DNA of 63,658 bases, counting the filler, from Dicyema japonicum (Eukaryota; Animalia; Dicyemida): assembly GCA_011109175.1 (NCBI GenBank). It is 11 parts of 11 records of this genome, joined end to end, with 100 filler letters (N's around TTAATTAATTAA, not from the genome) between each part and the next. Parts side by side here need not be neighbours in the genome. Positions count along the whole stretch, not along the records: positions 12,336 to 41,314 come from RDEW01000114.1; 10 more parts are not named here. One strand, given 5' to 3'. The translations under genes were made by a program, and so were the position numbers. Position 1 is the first letter of the stretch. Each line of letters starts with the position of its first letter. Under the pieces are notes generated by a model. It was not told where the DNA came from and did no database searches. It was given only the letters and a program-made list of their open reading frames with translations. This document shows positions 12,600-26,999 of this stretch, in pieces.

Positions 12600-14700
12600 A
12601 GCCTACCGCAAGAGATGGACCACGGATACGGACTGACCTGACAAAGAAGTGGGGTGTTGTCTACTCATTATAGATCAGAATGATTTTAAATTGTGGACTT
12701 CACTTCAATGGTGAAGAATACACGGACGACGATGTTACTGAAATCAACGCAATCTTACTTGGAATAACAAATGGAAAACTACCTTTGTGAAAATTCAAGT
12801 ACCTCAACTTGGTTCTTGCCAGAAGCAGTAAACTGTGCCCAATTTATCCACTTTGACTTCTTTGAACGAGGAGATCATTTGTGGGGACATCAACGCCAAA
12901 CACTCTCTATGGCTAGCAAGCCCACCATACAATACAAGGGGAAAGGTCTACTATATCAGACAGGTCGTTTCATGGTCGTGTCAAATCATATGAGAACCCC
13001 CTGCAGGGAGTCAGACTAACTAACTTCTCCAGACATCACACATTGTCCCCCCAGTTTGGAGGCAATATTGAGCTGATCAGTTACTTACAACTCAAGAAGT
13101 GACCATTTTATCATTCTTCTGAAGACCAGGGAGTCAGACTAACTAACTTCTCCAGACATCACACATTGTCCCCCCAGTTTGGAGGCAATATTGAGCTGAT
13201 CAGTTACTTACAACTCAAGAAGTGACCATTTTATTATTCTTCTGAAGACCAAGAGAGAAATTTCAACTGGGAGAAGGTTTCCAGAACAATTCAACTACAA
13301 ACCTGCACACTGGAAGCTTTACCGTCCACTTACTGACATTCTATTGCAGGACTTTGAATAATAAAATATAAAAGGGACTCAAAGTACGGACATCGAGATA
13401 GAAGAAAATTTCTCTTCTTTGAACCAAAATGATCCACTGCCGAAGTTGGATGACTTTTTGAGCCGCCTCAAGACTGTATGAAAGGTGATCTGAAAAGGAT
13501 CAAAGCCGAAAAATTTTGAATATCGTAATAAAATACTACGTAAATTATCCCACAAGGACCATAAGAAGTCAGATAAACCTCCATTATATTTAAGTAAATG
13601 GAACCTGATTTGATTTATTTAACGACGTGAGAAATGTATTGAAAGTCATTAAAACAGCCTATTCTAACGGAACGGATAAAATCCCAATAATTCTTCTAAA
13701 GAATCTTGGGGAACTTGGAATCGCCGCATTAACGAGGATATTCAACCACTCTATTAACAAAAATTTTATTCCATCCCTATGGAAGCTTGCCTAGTACGTT
13801 CAATTTTGAAATCCGGAAAAATGAAGAAGGATCTGGCTTCATACATATCGAGAATATATGAAGACTGTACTTTGCTCTATGATGTTCATAAAGCTTTCGA
13901 CTCAGTGACAAGAAAATTCCCTTGAAAGCTTAAACTCTGGTTAGATAACCTTTTTAGGGGTCGGAAGGGACGTGTCTGCATTGGTCAGTTAAAATCTATT
14001 TCCTGGGTTATTCCTAATGATGTTCTTAAGGATCCCCTTTGTCNACAAAAATTTTATTCCATCCCTATGGAAGCTTGCCTACTACGTCCAATTTTGAAAT
14101 CCGGAAAATGAAGAAGGATCTGGCTTCATACATATCGGGAATATATGAAGACTGTACTTTGCTCTATGATGTTCATAAAGCTTTCGACTCAGTGTCAAGA
14201 AAATTCCCTGGAAAGCTTAAACTCTGGTTAGATAACCTCCTTAGGGGTCGGAAGGGACGTGTCTGCATTGGACAGTTAAAATCTATTTCCTGGGTTCTTC
14301 CTAATGATGTTCTTAAGGATCCCCTTTGTCTCTTTTGTAATTTAACCTATTCATAGCCGATCTTCCTTGACCGAAAGTCGAAAATGATATTCTTCTCACT
14401 TATGCCGACGTCACTCTCATAGCTTCACGTTATCGGGACATTCAGACTGCTACCTCAAGATTGCAACAAAACCTGGATCGCTTTAACGAATGGTTGCTCA
14501 AGAACTGCCTATCGACGAGAAGTCTGTCACAGCTCCCTTTACATCAGAAAAATGACTGAAAAGACGGCTGGTCGATGTAAAAAAACAATGGTGCTGTCCC
14601 ATTTAGAAAATCTCTAAATATTTTGGGTGATTTTTGAGATACACATGTCATTCTAATATCCGTTGGCGTTCCTGAAGAAAGCACGTCTGAATTCGAGTTC
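12600..14700 (+). mobile_element. Degraded APE-RT LINE, related to the element at 1012-3733
   Basis: IICGDINAKHSLW, TSPDITHC..SDHFIILLK, GTDKIPIILLKNLGELGIAALTRIFNHSI, YDVHKAFDSV and TYADVTLI; many stops and frameshifts. Confidence 0.8.
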
Positions 14701-15618
14701 ACTTTTTAAACATCATCTCATATTTGAAAACCTGGCATAGTAATCGCCTTCAGGTTGACGATTATATGAGCTAGTACCTAATAGCATTAGATCAGACATC
14801 CAAAATTTCTGATAAATATACCGGAACAGAAGTCATAATGATTTTGTATTAAAAAAAATAAAATTCAATATTAAAAATTAGTGGCCCCAGAAAAAAGGTT
14901 AGAAACGTTGTTTTAAAGAAAAAAACAATGAATTGACTATTCGTTAAAAAGAGGCCGAGGTATATTCTTAAGTTCTTTTGATTGCGTGAGAGTCAGTTGT
15001 AAACAATTCAGTTCGGTAGTGAGATATCACTCATTTCAGTAAGCATTACAATTTATGAAAATCAGCTGGAATGGACAGCAACAGGAATCGACTGAGAAAA
15101 AGGCAGATTTTGTCCAACACTTGTAACATTAATATCTTGACTAAACAGAAAATTTATTATTTAGAATAATTGTCGTCAGAATGTTTAATTATGCCTACAA
15201 ATCGTCACTTAAATGAGTTGCGAATATTGTTTTTCAATATACAACGAAACTTGGTCAATCAATAACGACAGAAAAATAGCATTAATGGGCTGTCACCGTC
15301 GTACGTGGAACTCCACTAGAACCAATCGAAATGAAAAAATAGTATTGTGGATAAATCAGAGTTTCCTGAGTTGAATGGTGAATAGTTAAAATCGTTGATA
15401 TTTTAAAATTATTAAGTTGCAAAAAGCTACTCCAATTAATAGAGCGGTAGTTTATTGATTTTTTGTTATATTTATATTAATATTTAAAATTAAAAAAAAT
15501 ATTTTATTTCTGCACACATTTTTAAAGTTCAAGTTGAGCAAGTATGAGTACTGCCAGATAATAAAGTATTCAGAAAATGAATTTCTTGATACGTCCCTTA
15601 GAACTATGATTTCAACAC

Positions 15619-16260
15619 ATGAACAAGAAAAGGCTTTTATATGAACATTTAGACGCTACATTTTATCAAGTAGTGGATATACAAGAGCTTCTTAACGGAT
15701 GGTTATTGAAGAATCATTTGTCTACCAGCACTGAGAAGTCCGTCACAACTCTCTTTACATCAGACAAAAGACTGGGAAGACGGACAATTGATTTGAAAAC
15801 TACAGTTATGTCGTCCCGTTCAGAAATTCAAAAAGATCCTTGGAGTGACTTATAGGATACACAGGCTATCCCCCATGTTCAGAATGTAGTTACACAATGT
15901 GAAAAAAAATTGTTTTGAAATGTCTATCTGGATTTGGAAGATAGGAAATAGCCTCATCCTGAATTCTATTAACAACCAATTTATTGAACTTTGCATTTCT
16001 TACGCATCTGGGGTCCATTCATTTCTCGGACAAATTTCTTGTAAATCGAGGTTAGCTGAAAAAGGGTCTTCAAAATTACGGAACGATGGACTTCTGGAAA
16101 GTCTCAGCTTTTAATGCTTCTAGAATCCATGCTACGCATGAACCGTGTACTTACCGTCGTGACTACGAAGATCCAGTCATTCAACCGATACGTACTTGTG
16201 TGTGGTTGAGAGAGGAACATCATGCCAATTTGAAATCTTTGCTAGAGCGTCCTGGGATCA
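15619..16260 (+). mobile_element. LINE RT C-terminal remnant
   Basis: LNGWLLKNHLSTSTEKSVTTLFTSDK is homologous to 14480-14560 and to LHDWIVGNRLTISATKSICSTFTSDR in the first LINE. Confidence 0.65.
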
Positions 16261-16384
16261 TGTGATTAGTTAGTTTGTGTAACCGAGGTTTGTATTCAAT
16301 TTTTGAAGTTTTCAGAAACCTGATGCAAGATGGAATTTCAGTTTAATTAAAAACATTGCAGAAACTATCGCGGCTCTTATAAAT

Positions 16385-16682
16385 TTTAAAATTCAAACGC
16401 TCAAATGATTGCTCGACCGTTTTAGGAAGCGTCGTAAACTATCTTTTATAGTAATTTCTAGGGAAAGAATTCTGCTACAAAAATTCAATTAAAAATTTTA
16501 ATATGGAAAATATTTTTAATTATGATGAAACTTGCCTTTTCATTAAAAAGAATTCAAACAACTCAATTGTCATTAAAGATGATAATTGTTTTTGTAAAAA
16601 AATCTCGTAAGAAAAGATATCAGTCCTTCTATGTTGTAGTATTTAAGGTGTAAAGTTAAAACAATTGGTTGTTGGAAAATTT
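16385..16682 (+). mobile_element. Tigger/pogo transposase pseudogene (CENP-B-type HTH end plus DDE start)
   Basis: LLDRFRKRRKLSF...ENIFNYDETCLFIK...S*EKISVLLCCSI*GVKLKQLVVGK matches WLDRFKKR...NIFNADETGLF...KERITVLLCCN.TG.KLKPLVIGK. Confidence 0.8.
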
Positions 16683-17399
16683 AAATCACTGAGATACCTT
16701 GATAATATATGAACTGAGGATTATAGAATATTAATTTTGAAAAGAACTGAGTATTGTCTTTCTGAACGAAATAGGAGGCGAGCAAGACGACGGAAGGGAT
16801 GGAGAAGTCTAACGGCAAGAATAGTCGAAAACATGTCACAGGCGAAACCATAAACACTTTACTGACAACGCGGACGTGCATTAACTAACTGAGGATCATG
16901 GAGTACTAAAAAATAGTATTGAAAAATTGATAAAATATTTTACTTCTGTTTGGCGCATTTCTATTGGAGAAGACGCTAAACCGTATATAATAATTTTATC
17001 AACGGATATTTACTGTGTTAAACAATCGCATTGTTTTTCCTTCCTGTCTTTAAGTTGGTCATATACGACATAACTCTATTGAAGATCAAGAGGGAAATTC
17101 ATTTGGATAAAAAATTGTGAAATTAAAAATACAATTTATTCGAGTAGACACGATTCAGTTTCATGTGCAGAGGTAAACCTATTGAGGATTACATACAGAA
17201 AGACCTTTATAAATGGATAACAAATCTAAAATCATAAATTAGCATAATTTCTATATTGATATTGTGGAAACTTACAAATATCCGTTTTATTCTGAAATCT
17301 GAAACCCAAAAAATGATCAGATTTTAAGATGACTAGTGATATTGTTATTTATTGACCACGAATACGTGGAACGTCCGAAGCAACGTAGTCCTCCATAGC

Positions 17400-18240
17400 T
17401 ACGTTTGTATGAGTCTCTAGGGCCAAACAAAGTATATGTCAAAGATCCTCCATCTTGCCTCCAGGATCTCATGAAATCTCGGTGCTCCTCGATCTTTTTA
17501 AAAAATGTAGGACGGCAATCTGGAGTGGTTATAGAAGGATATGTGGAAGTTAATATTTGTGGAGTTCAGCTTTCCAAGATCAATAATTTGCAGTCCCGAG
17601 TACCCACATTGTATAAAAGTAAGAGTTTCATAAGTGCATACAGACTCTTGTATCCACGTGAGTCTTTTATGAGTAAATCAAGTTTTCGAGAGGGGAGCCC
17701 AGCTTTTTGGCTTTTCCTCAGTAATCCTTTTGAGATTTCGGTATTGTCATAGTTTACTGTTAGGAACCATTCAACCAGCTTTCCCGGTACTTTCTCCAAT
17801 AAAGAGGTTGCGCTTTTAACCATTTGAAAGAAAATCATCTGAATCGCTATTATGTTGTTTACCCTCGCTTTCGAGAGGCTTCAGATCCAGAAGAGCTGCC
17901 TCAAGATAGGTGAAAAATAAAATGAGATAATTGATCTCCTTGGGAGTACTACTGTTGTCTCATATCGTCTTAAGGAGGCTCCCTTGATTCCCACAGTCAG
18001 ATTCGTACCTGTCATGAGTGTTCTTTAACCTGACTGTAGGAAGTCCCCCTGGATTTGTATCAGTTTTGACAAAGTCTAATGCTTTTGACATGACAATCTC
18101 AAGTATAAACGTTGCTAATTAGAATCTGTGGACCATCGTGCACCTCCACTTGTGGCTCCAACTCCCGAGGTTGATCTGTCCCTGCAAAACCGCTATGGAA
18201 GTAGACAATAGTCTATTCAGCTCTCCATTTTTTGAATTAC
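17400..18240 (-). mobile_element. Highly degraded RTE-like RT
   Basis: Minus-strand fragments IAVLQG, ATFILEIVMSKAL and YKSLYALMKLLLLYNVGT resemble RTE VLQGD..A.FLF...M and LYNALV..VLLYN.ETW. Confidence 0.45.
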
Positions 18241-18694
18241 GATGTTGACAATTATTATTCGAAAAAGTGTTCAGCAGAATAACACAAGATTTTCTACCTT
18301 AACCCTTGGGTTGTAAGCCTGGAACGGTTATATGTGTCCCCATTTTTCTACGATTGGGTTTTGCTATACATTCTATTTATGAGCAATGTTTTTTGAGTTC
18401 TATATTTAGTGAATTCAGCATTGTAATACCGGCAAATTCTCAGGACTCATTCCTTGTTTGGATCCGCCTGGAAAGAAAATTAGTCTGGACTCTTTGTTGT
18501 TCTTATATATGTTAATTAATTTTGTCTCTTGAAAAATAATTTGTATCTTAAAGGTCCTCGCAAAGTTCTCTTCTTTTCCAGGTACTAGAAGGTCTTCTGA
18601 TGTTTAACGTCAAGGAGAAAAAACACGGATCTTGAATTCCGTGTTTTACTGACATCTTCTTGAAGATACTCGCAGTCGAATGTATACCATAGAT

Positions 18695-18900
18695 CAGCGT
18701 TTCTCAACGGGGTCCCTGGGAACATATGAAAGTTCATATAANAGGTACTAGAAGGTCTTCTGACGTTTAACGTCAAGGAGGAAAAACACGGATACTTGAA
18801 TTTCGTGTTTTCCAGACATCTTTTTGAAGATGCTCTCAGTCGAATGTATACCATAGATCAGCGTTTCTCAACGGGGTCCCTGGGCACCTATGGAAGTTCA
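18695..18900. mobile_element. hAT/Charlie-type MITE 5' end, present twice in a duplicated segment
   Basis: CAGCGTTTCTCAACGGGGTCCCTGGG at 18695 and 18859. Confidence 0.45.
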
Positions 18901-21052
18901 TATAAAAATTCAAGAGATAAATAAATAAAATTATTCCAAAGAACAATAGTAAAACAAAATTAACTAACTCCTTTATCCTGACAAGTTCCAGAGATTCCAG
19001 AACTTGTCCCCAGGTAACGAAATTGTCTCCCGATGAAAAGAATAGGTGATCCTTTTGATGCCGGCCAAGCATTGGGCGTCTCCTTAGTAAGGCGGATCCA
19101 ATGATGCCATAATGGGAAAGAACATAATTTTTTTAAACCGCGTTGTCTATTGGTCGGAGAGGTCGGTAGCTGTTGAGTGTAGCCAGACGTTTTAATTTAT
19201 TTAGGAAACGAAACAATTTCTCCCCCGAAGTTTCCAATCGGATGGCATTGATCCAAGAGCTAATCCATTCCTATCTAACAGTGAACAGATTGGTGCGTCG
19301 GCGTTGGGTGATTGATTCAGAATCCTCTCATATTTATGTTCGCAGATAAACCTATAAAGGTTTCTCTGCTCAGGTAAGCTGAATTTTAGATGCTCCATAT
19401 TTTGATCTCTGACTATTCTGTAGGGAGTTAGATATTCAGTGCTTGCTTAATGCGTGGTAAGAGGTTCCGTACTTGAAATCAGCCCTAAGGCCTGGGCACT
19501 ACACATGCACCATCTCTTTTTCTAATAATTATCTGATTCTTATATACGAGTTCTGGATATTTGACTTCTTATTGAATCCATCAATCTTTTTCTTAATCTA
19601 ATAGATTTTCCTGTCCATCATTTAACTCATCCTCGAACTTTGTTCTAAGGCCCAGTTGCCGTTCGTCTAGTTTTCTCCAAAAGGGAGAGATTTACATTTT
19701 GAGTTAATATTTATTCAAGGGAGTGCCAAAAAGGGGTCATAGAGGCAGCCGCCTTGAGCAGCACGCTGTAGGGGGCAGCAGATCAAAGCCATAGAGTTCA
19801 CGTTATTAAGCTATACTCACTTTTTACAGGTGTTTTTTCATCATAGAAAGATCAACTGGTAGTAATCACCATGTTCTATTGACAGCACTGATGACTTTGA
19901 GCGCACGGATTTTAATAGATGGCAGGTGCGTGTATTCCCTTAAAGCTCTTCGTGATAAAGCGCAGATAGTGAATTTTTTGTCATAACGACGTTGTTACGC
20001 TTTTGACACTAACGTGAGAGGTCTTTAGGTTCCGATATGTTTGAACTCAGTCTAATTATTATTGTCGGACACGACGGTTGTTTTTCCTCGCGGCTGTCTT
20101 TTGTTATGATTTCTTTTGTTTATTAACTACCTCTAATTTGATTCGACAAATGAAGGGAATACAACCTGGCGGGGAAAAAGCTCAGAGAAGCAGAAGATAT
20201 GTCATGAGAAGCTGTTTAGATGTGTGGGTAGAGTCAACACGTGGAAAACGATCAATCGGATGCTGACATTTATGATTATTATTTATCTTGAAGTATAACA
20301 ACAAAATTTTTTTAATCACAATTTTTTTAAGTTAGTTATAAAGGGCATCATTATCATACACTCCCCCGGGAAGCAGAAAGCTTTGCCACGCCCCTGTGCA
20401 TATTGGAGATATGTCGATTACCTTTCTATCGCATTTTTGCATTTCTATCCCACAAAGTATACGATTTTTGACTAAGAAAATCAACAAGGTTGAAGATTAT
20501 GATTCACGGTGAAGAATTCTAAGGTCACATATCTAGACTGAGGCTTTATCTGATCACTAAGATGAGGTTTTAAAGTAACCTCAAACATATAGGTTATGAG
20601 AATTTTACTTTTACCCTGTGTAATAAATTTATTTATTTATCTGATCACTAAGATGAGGTTTTAAAGTAACCTCAAACATATAGGTTATGAGAATTTTACT
20701 TTTACCCTGTGTAATAAATTTATTTATCAAAAACAAACAAAAAATAGAGCTAAAGGCTGCAACCTGATTGAGTATTTTTTTCTAAATACGAAAGGAATCC
20801 ACATGAATAGCTAAAATTTCGAGTTTTTTGAATCAATCGTACCAAAAAATCCTTGAGCTCAATAAATTTCCATAGCAAAAGGCACACCAGTAGGAGATTA
20901 TTATTTACCCAAGTCTATTCAAATAAGGGAAACTGGTGGTTAACAAGAAACTATTAACAAAAAGCGAATGCTCATCGAGATCGGTCAGATGTATATAATG
21001 TGCCAAACTTAAGCCACATCAAAGAAATCTGAAAACAGTAGTTGGTGCTCTT

Positions 21053-21170
21053 TCAGTGGCCAATACCAAGCAGACTAATTTGTGAAAGTGTATGGTTTTT
21101 AGGTCGGTCGTTGAGGCCTCTGGTGTTAAAAGTAATGATAGTTAACACGTTACGACCTTCCGAGCGTGAA
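21053..21170 (-). mobile_element. APE endonuclease N-terminal remnant of a LINE
   Basis: LTIITFNTRGLNDRPK matches the L.I.TWNVRGLN motif. Confidence 0.5.
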
Positions 21171-24100
21171 TCAGACAAAATGCAAGAGAGAGACGTCACC
21201 ACCTTAAACATAAAATTATTNGGATTGATGTCAAAGTCTTCCATTTTTTTTCTTCTGCACGCCAATTGTCTTTTTAGACAAAATTAAAAATTTCATTTTT
21301 CCTTCGAAAAGGGGAAGGGGGAAGCGATGTCAAGGTCGCTATTTTTGTCCCTTGCAACGCCAGTCTCACGGTGATTTTGAGTGATTAGTGGCGCAAGTTG
21401 TTTCTAGGACTTAAACAAATCTGTTAGCGCTAAAAATTATTAATTTTAGCAAAATAAGAAAAATTACTTAGGGGGTACTATAATGCACAAGTACCCTGAA
21501 GACGACAGTCGTCTTGACAACAGTGGAATTTGTTTGAGTGGAATTTGCTCTAAGGTGTATCGTATTTATTATCTTAAGATTTCAAATACTCGTCGCCCAT
21601 CCCCAGTTTTCGACGCGGACTGAGATGGCTTAGAATTGGCAAATGTATCGGTGCATACCCCATACTAGATCAGGTATTCCTCCGAGAGAAAGTGAAGATC
21701 GTATTGCCGTAGGTGCGTCATCTCCAAGGTATTGAATCATCGGTAATCCAACCGTCTCAATATAGCACTTCATACAATTAAAAAACGGTTTGAGGAAAGA
21801 GAAAATGAGATACTCCAGTCCTTGGCATACACAAAAGAAATAACCCGATCAAAGGAACGAGCCAGTGCCTCGACAGCCATCACGGTCCCCAAACCCAGAA
21901 CATTTAATCAGCTTTTTCCTTTCAGCAAAGTCAGCTGAAGAACAGTTAGAGTTTGTATTGGAAACATATTTGTCAAGGAAAAAGTATCAAATACAAGATA
22001 GCGCCTTTTGGTAAGTGGAAAAATTGTCATCCTGTTAGGCATTCTCTCATCTCCCAATAAAGTCCAACAGATTCGAAGATGGAAGAATAGCTAGCAGCTT
22101 TAGGACTACGTTTAGTACTATGATTTAGGGTTTCTCATTTGGGAAATCTTCTAAGACTCTTCTCGCGAGAGAGAGAGTGGATTCCGTTCTGATGAACCAT
22201 CTTCTCACATCAGCATCGACTAGACTCACAAAAATCCAGACCGAGGTAATATGAGATACCAATCTCAATGATTTAGGGTTACTCATTTGGGAAATCTTCT
22301 AAGACTCTTCTCGCGAGAGAGGGAGTGAATTCCTTTCTGATGAACCATATTCTCACATCAGCATCGACTAGACTCACAAAAATCCAGACCGAGGTAATAT
22401 GAGATACCAATCCCATAGAACAAAGTATTGATGCCAGAGATCGACTGGGCATCTAGGTAACGATCACTGCTTCCTATGTATGCCAGACAAAAGCAAGCTG
22501 AACTGTGTTGGTTGAGGTTTTTTCTTGAACTACAAAGGATTTGAAATGCTTGTTATTTCGTCCTAAGACCGTTGAGAAAAATTTAGTATGTGCACCTTTT
22601 CACTGTTATTTAGATTCTAATAATTCCATTACCCATTTCCCAAGAGCAAATTACTCCACAAAACTATCAAGAATGAAAATTTGAAACAAACCTACTCCAC
22701 AGAATCATAAATCGATAACAACAATGACCCACAAAAATTTAGACTTATTTTAAAAACACTTAACAGTTAATCAACCTCTTATCACATCTTGACTCACACA
22801 AACTTACAAATCAATAACAAAGTCAAACATGCATAAATCCTAAACGCCTAACAAACCAACCAGAATTTAACAAATAAATTTAATATTATTTTATCATATT
22901 TTTTTCTAGTGTGTCTTACAAGTTCTGTAAAAGTTTGAATCCAATCGTTTCAGTCGAATCCATGAAAGACCTGTTTCGCGGTAAGAACCAGAACTCCTCC
23001 GAGGTACTGGAGCAACCGAATGTAGTAATTAATTTGAGGGACGGTTGATTTCCACATGATTTATTGTGGACATTTCTTCATCATCCATAAAAGACTTTTT
23101 TTTACCAATCTTGCTCATGCTCGGTTTTGGGGGATTTTTTGTTGCAAAGGTGGATTCGACGGTTTTTGTGATTTTCAGCGACGTTCGTGTCACATATTTC
23201 CTTGACGAAAACGTAGACGATCTGATTTGAACCTGAATGATTTTGTTGAAGTCGAGGAAACCAAGAGATCACAGCTCATATAATTCCGCAATCCCTCATT
23301 TCAAAAACTCGGTCTTTAATGTGAAAATAATCAGTCGAGATTATATCTGGCGGTCTGTGTACGTCAATTACTCCTAGCTGACGGAGGATCTTAACGAGTT
23401 CATCTCAGATTATAAAACTGAAAGGAAATGTCCTGGAAATAAGAAAGCTAACAAAATACAATCTGTGGAATCTTGAAATTCCGTAAAAAGNNNNNNNNNN
23501 NNNNNNNNNNNNNNNNNNNNNNNNNNNNNNNNNNNNNNNNNNNNNNNNNNNNNNNNNNNNNNNNNNNNNNNNNNNNNNNNNNNNNNNNNNNNNNNNNNNN
23601 NNNNNNNNNNNNNNNNNNNNNNNNNNNNNNNNNNNNNNNNNNNNNNNNNNNNNNNNNNNNNNNNNNNNNNNNNNNNNNNNNNNNNNNNNNNNNNNNNNNN
23701 NNNNNNNNNNNNNNNNNNNNNNNNNNNNNNNNNNNNNNNNNNNNNNNNNNNNNNNNNNNNNNNNNNNNNNNNNNNNNNNNNNNNNNNNNNNNNNNNNNNN
23801 NNNNNNNNNNNNNNNNNNNNNNNNNNNNNNNNNNNNNNNNNNNNNNNNNNNNNNNNNNNNNNNNNNNNNNNNNNNNNNNNNNNNNNNNNNNNNNNNNNNN
23901 NNNNNNNNNNNNNNNNNNNNNNNNNNNNNNNNNNNNNNNNNNNNNNNNNNNNNNNNNNNNNNNNNNNNNNNNNNNNNNNNNNNNNNNNNNNNNNNNNNNN
24001 NNNNNNNNNNNNNNNNNNNNNNNNNNNNNNNNNNNNNNNNNNNNNNNNNNNNNNNNNNNNNNNNNNNNNNNNNNNNNNNNNNNNNNNNNNNNNNNNNNNN

Positions 24101-24309
24101 NNNNNNNNNNNNNNNNNNNNNNNNNNNNNNNNNNNNNNNNNNNNNNNNNNNNNNNNNNNNNNNNNNNNNNNNNNNNNNNNNNNNNNNNNNNNNNNNNNNN
24201 NNNNNNNNNNNNNNNNNNNNNNNNNNNNNNNNNNNNNNNNNNNNNNNNNNNNNNNNNNNNNNNNNNNNNNNNNNNNNNNNNNNNNNNNNNNNNNNNNNNN
24301 NNNNNNATT

Positions 24310-24650
24310 ATGTATACAAGCGGTACTTTGAGTCATCCCTCTTCTATTCGTGTGCTTCCTGGGGCCCATTAACATTTTGAACCGATTCCGAAAAGATTGC
24401 GGCCGTACAAAAAGGCATATAAATTGGCGGAACAGTGGATTTTCGGGAAGAAAAGCCAACTAAGTTTTTTTTATATGCAAACGAGATTGGAGGAAACATA
24501 CCATCTAGTAGCATTTTGTCGTATAGATAGTCAATCTCCTAATTTAACAATTCAGGTTTGATATTATCTGATCCAAGGCTCCTAGTTGGGAAAATCCATT
24601 TTGATTTCTTTATGAGAATCAACTTCTCTAGAGGTCTTGGCATTCAATCA
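24310..24650 (-). mobile_element. Degraded LINE RT fragment
   Basis: GALGSDNIKPELLN*EIDYLYDKMLLDGMFP resembles APG.D.I..ELLK...L..L.N..L..G.FP. Confidence 0.45.
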
Positions 24651-26354
24651 AATGGAAGAATTACTTGAAAAACTTATCGAAATGAACCGCGAAAGGTCGG
24701 CTTGTTACTCTAAAGTCTAGACTCAATATTAATTTTCCACTCCCATCCTTGATAACTTCCTTTCGATTTGTTTGTAGAAGCAAACATATTACAGTCTCAT
24801 TTGTGAATCATCCTTTCACCTGTTGACTTCATTCATCCAAGATAATTAATCTTTAAAAAGCTTATTGTTCAATTTATTTATTTTCGCTCTGAGATGTTGT
24901 CTAACATTTTGAAGGGCTTTTCTCATACTAACTGCAATCCCATTTTATTTTCTCTAACATATTACTTTATGTTCCTCTCAACTCTGCAACCTCTGGGTGA
25001 AACCCCATCAGGCAACCCTAGTCTTCTCTCTTTTGCCAAGATATTTCCAAACTGTTTCTTTAATAATGTTATTTTTAGTGTACCAAAAATCTCTTAGTGA
25101 GACATTCGCCAATAAATCAAGTTGATGAGTCTCAATTCTTCGACTATGTCAGAAACGACGACGTTTGTCTACGAAATTAGCAACAACTGCTACACTTGTG
25201 GTGAAAAAGTCGAAAAGGGTGGTCTTTGGTATGTAGAAGTGATCTGAAAGTCATAAAGTAAAGCAAACAACTTTCACCGTCAGCCATCATAACATATCCC
25301 CCAAAATAATAATGAGACGTGCATTTGTTAAACACGCACACATAATTAGAATCCTCATCAAGTCTAACCGCAGAAGGGCAATGTACGTAAATGAAATGTA
25401 CACTGACGACAACATCTCTACCAAAAACGTAGTATTTCCAAAATACCTGTTTAAGGGGCCATATAATGCAATTAACGAACAAAAAACTAACGTGACCAGA
25501 TGATTCTACTTTGAGTACTACGGATCAGTTCCAGTCAAATCATTCTTCATCTCAAGCAACAAATCCCCGACTTTCTTTAGGAGAATCGACCAATGACCAA
25601 TCCAGGTGCTTCATCGGAATAATTCATTGGATAGTCTGACAAAACTTGGAAAAGAGCTGAGGAGATCGTCATATTTAGGATTTTTCTGATCTAGGAGAAG
25701 AAGAGGACATACATAACCTCAACAGAAGAGTCGGTAGATTAGGAATTTACCAACAAGATCCGCAAAAAATTGATTCAGAATCCGAAAAAAGTAGAATGGA
25801 TGTACAACACTTCCTGATAGCAAATCTGGTTTGAGAGCGGGTAGGGCATATCAAAAGTTCTATTATCATCGCTGTTGAATGGATGGGTCACAACCTCGAA
25901 CTCTAATTTCTGTAAATGTTACAAAACCAGGACCTGAATAAGTAAAATCAGTTCAGTTTTGACAGCAGTCAGACAAATGAGAGAGGAGCAGTCGAAAAGA
26001 TGATGAAAGAGAACGGTTGGCAATGTGCCAGTCAATACAAGATCGGAAAATTCTCCACATTCTGTCAACTTTTAGTCTTGCGTAGAAAAAAAACTGCTCA
26101 GATTAGATCAAAGTAAGGTGAATTTTGATAAGTTAAGATATTAGCTGGGAGATACAAATTCTGATGAAGGTTGAGTTTACAAAGAAAGAACTCGCATGGA
26201 TCCAGCTTGAGAAATGTTCTTTAAATGCAAGTGGATTATTTACAAAGCCAATATTTTAAGAGTCCAGCTCATTGGCGATTATTTTTAGGAAGGAAATCAA
26301 TTTGAGGTAAATGAGGTGAATAGTAATGTCCCCGAAAAGCTGAAATATTATAAA

Positions 26355-26445
26355 AAACCAAACCTTCCAATTCTTTTGCAATAGTATTAAAAACCAAATC
26401 TTCCAATTCTTTTGCAATAATATTAAAAACCAAATCTTCCAATTT
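26355..26445. repeat. 36-bp tandem repeat, about 2.5 copies
   Basis: aaaaccaaa(c/t)cttccaattcttttgcaata..att repeated; reads ELEDLVFNIIAK on the minus strand. Confidence 0.8.
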
Positions 26446-26999
26446 TATTTCAAAACATATATGCGAATTCCCACAACGAAGGTTTGTGTAGGCAACATGG
26501 AAAAATAGTTTGCTCATTAATTTCTTTTTTTATCAAAGACATCTAATAAACGAGCTTATTATGATCCATAAACTGAACTTTTCGGTAATTTGTAAAATTG
26601 TGGTACGTCAACCACAAAAAGGGGAACTCTCACCATGGACAACTAGGCGGTCTCAGTCCTTAATCATTAAAAAAGTAATTAGACCTGCAGCATTAGGTTG
26701 ACAATTGTCCTCAAAATAGAATTGGATTTATGGTTTTCTAGCACGTGGAATTTTATGAGAAAACAGAATGTTAGAAGTGAAAGAGGCGACGTATCTGACT
26801 CGCAAAGTGCATTCAAAGTGAATTCTATTTGCAAATGATAGAGTCTGTGACACAAATCTAAGCAATCAGTTCAATCAAACGTCAATGGCACTCTCAGGTC
26901 CCCTGCCAACATAGAGAAGACTGCACTGTGGATGCATCAATTCTTACTGAGTAGAACGAAGGCTCTCTTAGCAGCAGCCTACTTCCTCTTAGCAGCAAC

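Noticed and set aside
25177-25482. EGF-like domain (GGYVMMADGESC)
   Set aside because: The cysteine spacing does not fit an EGF repeat; only a weak partial resemblance.
26269-26360. Tc1/IS630 transposase (YSPHLPQID resembling YSPDLNPIE)
   Set aside because: A single short motif with the catalytic residues absent and no supporting context.
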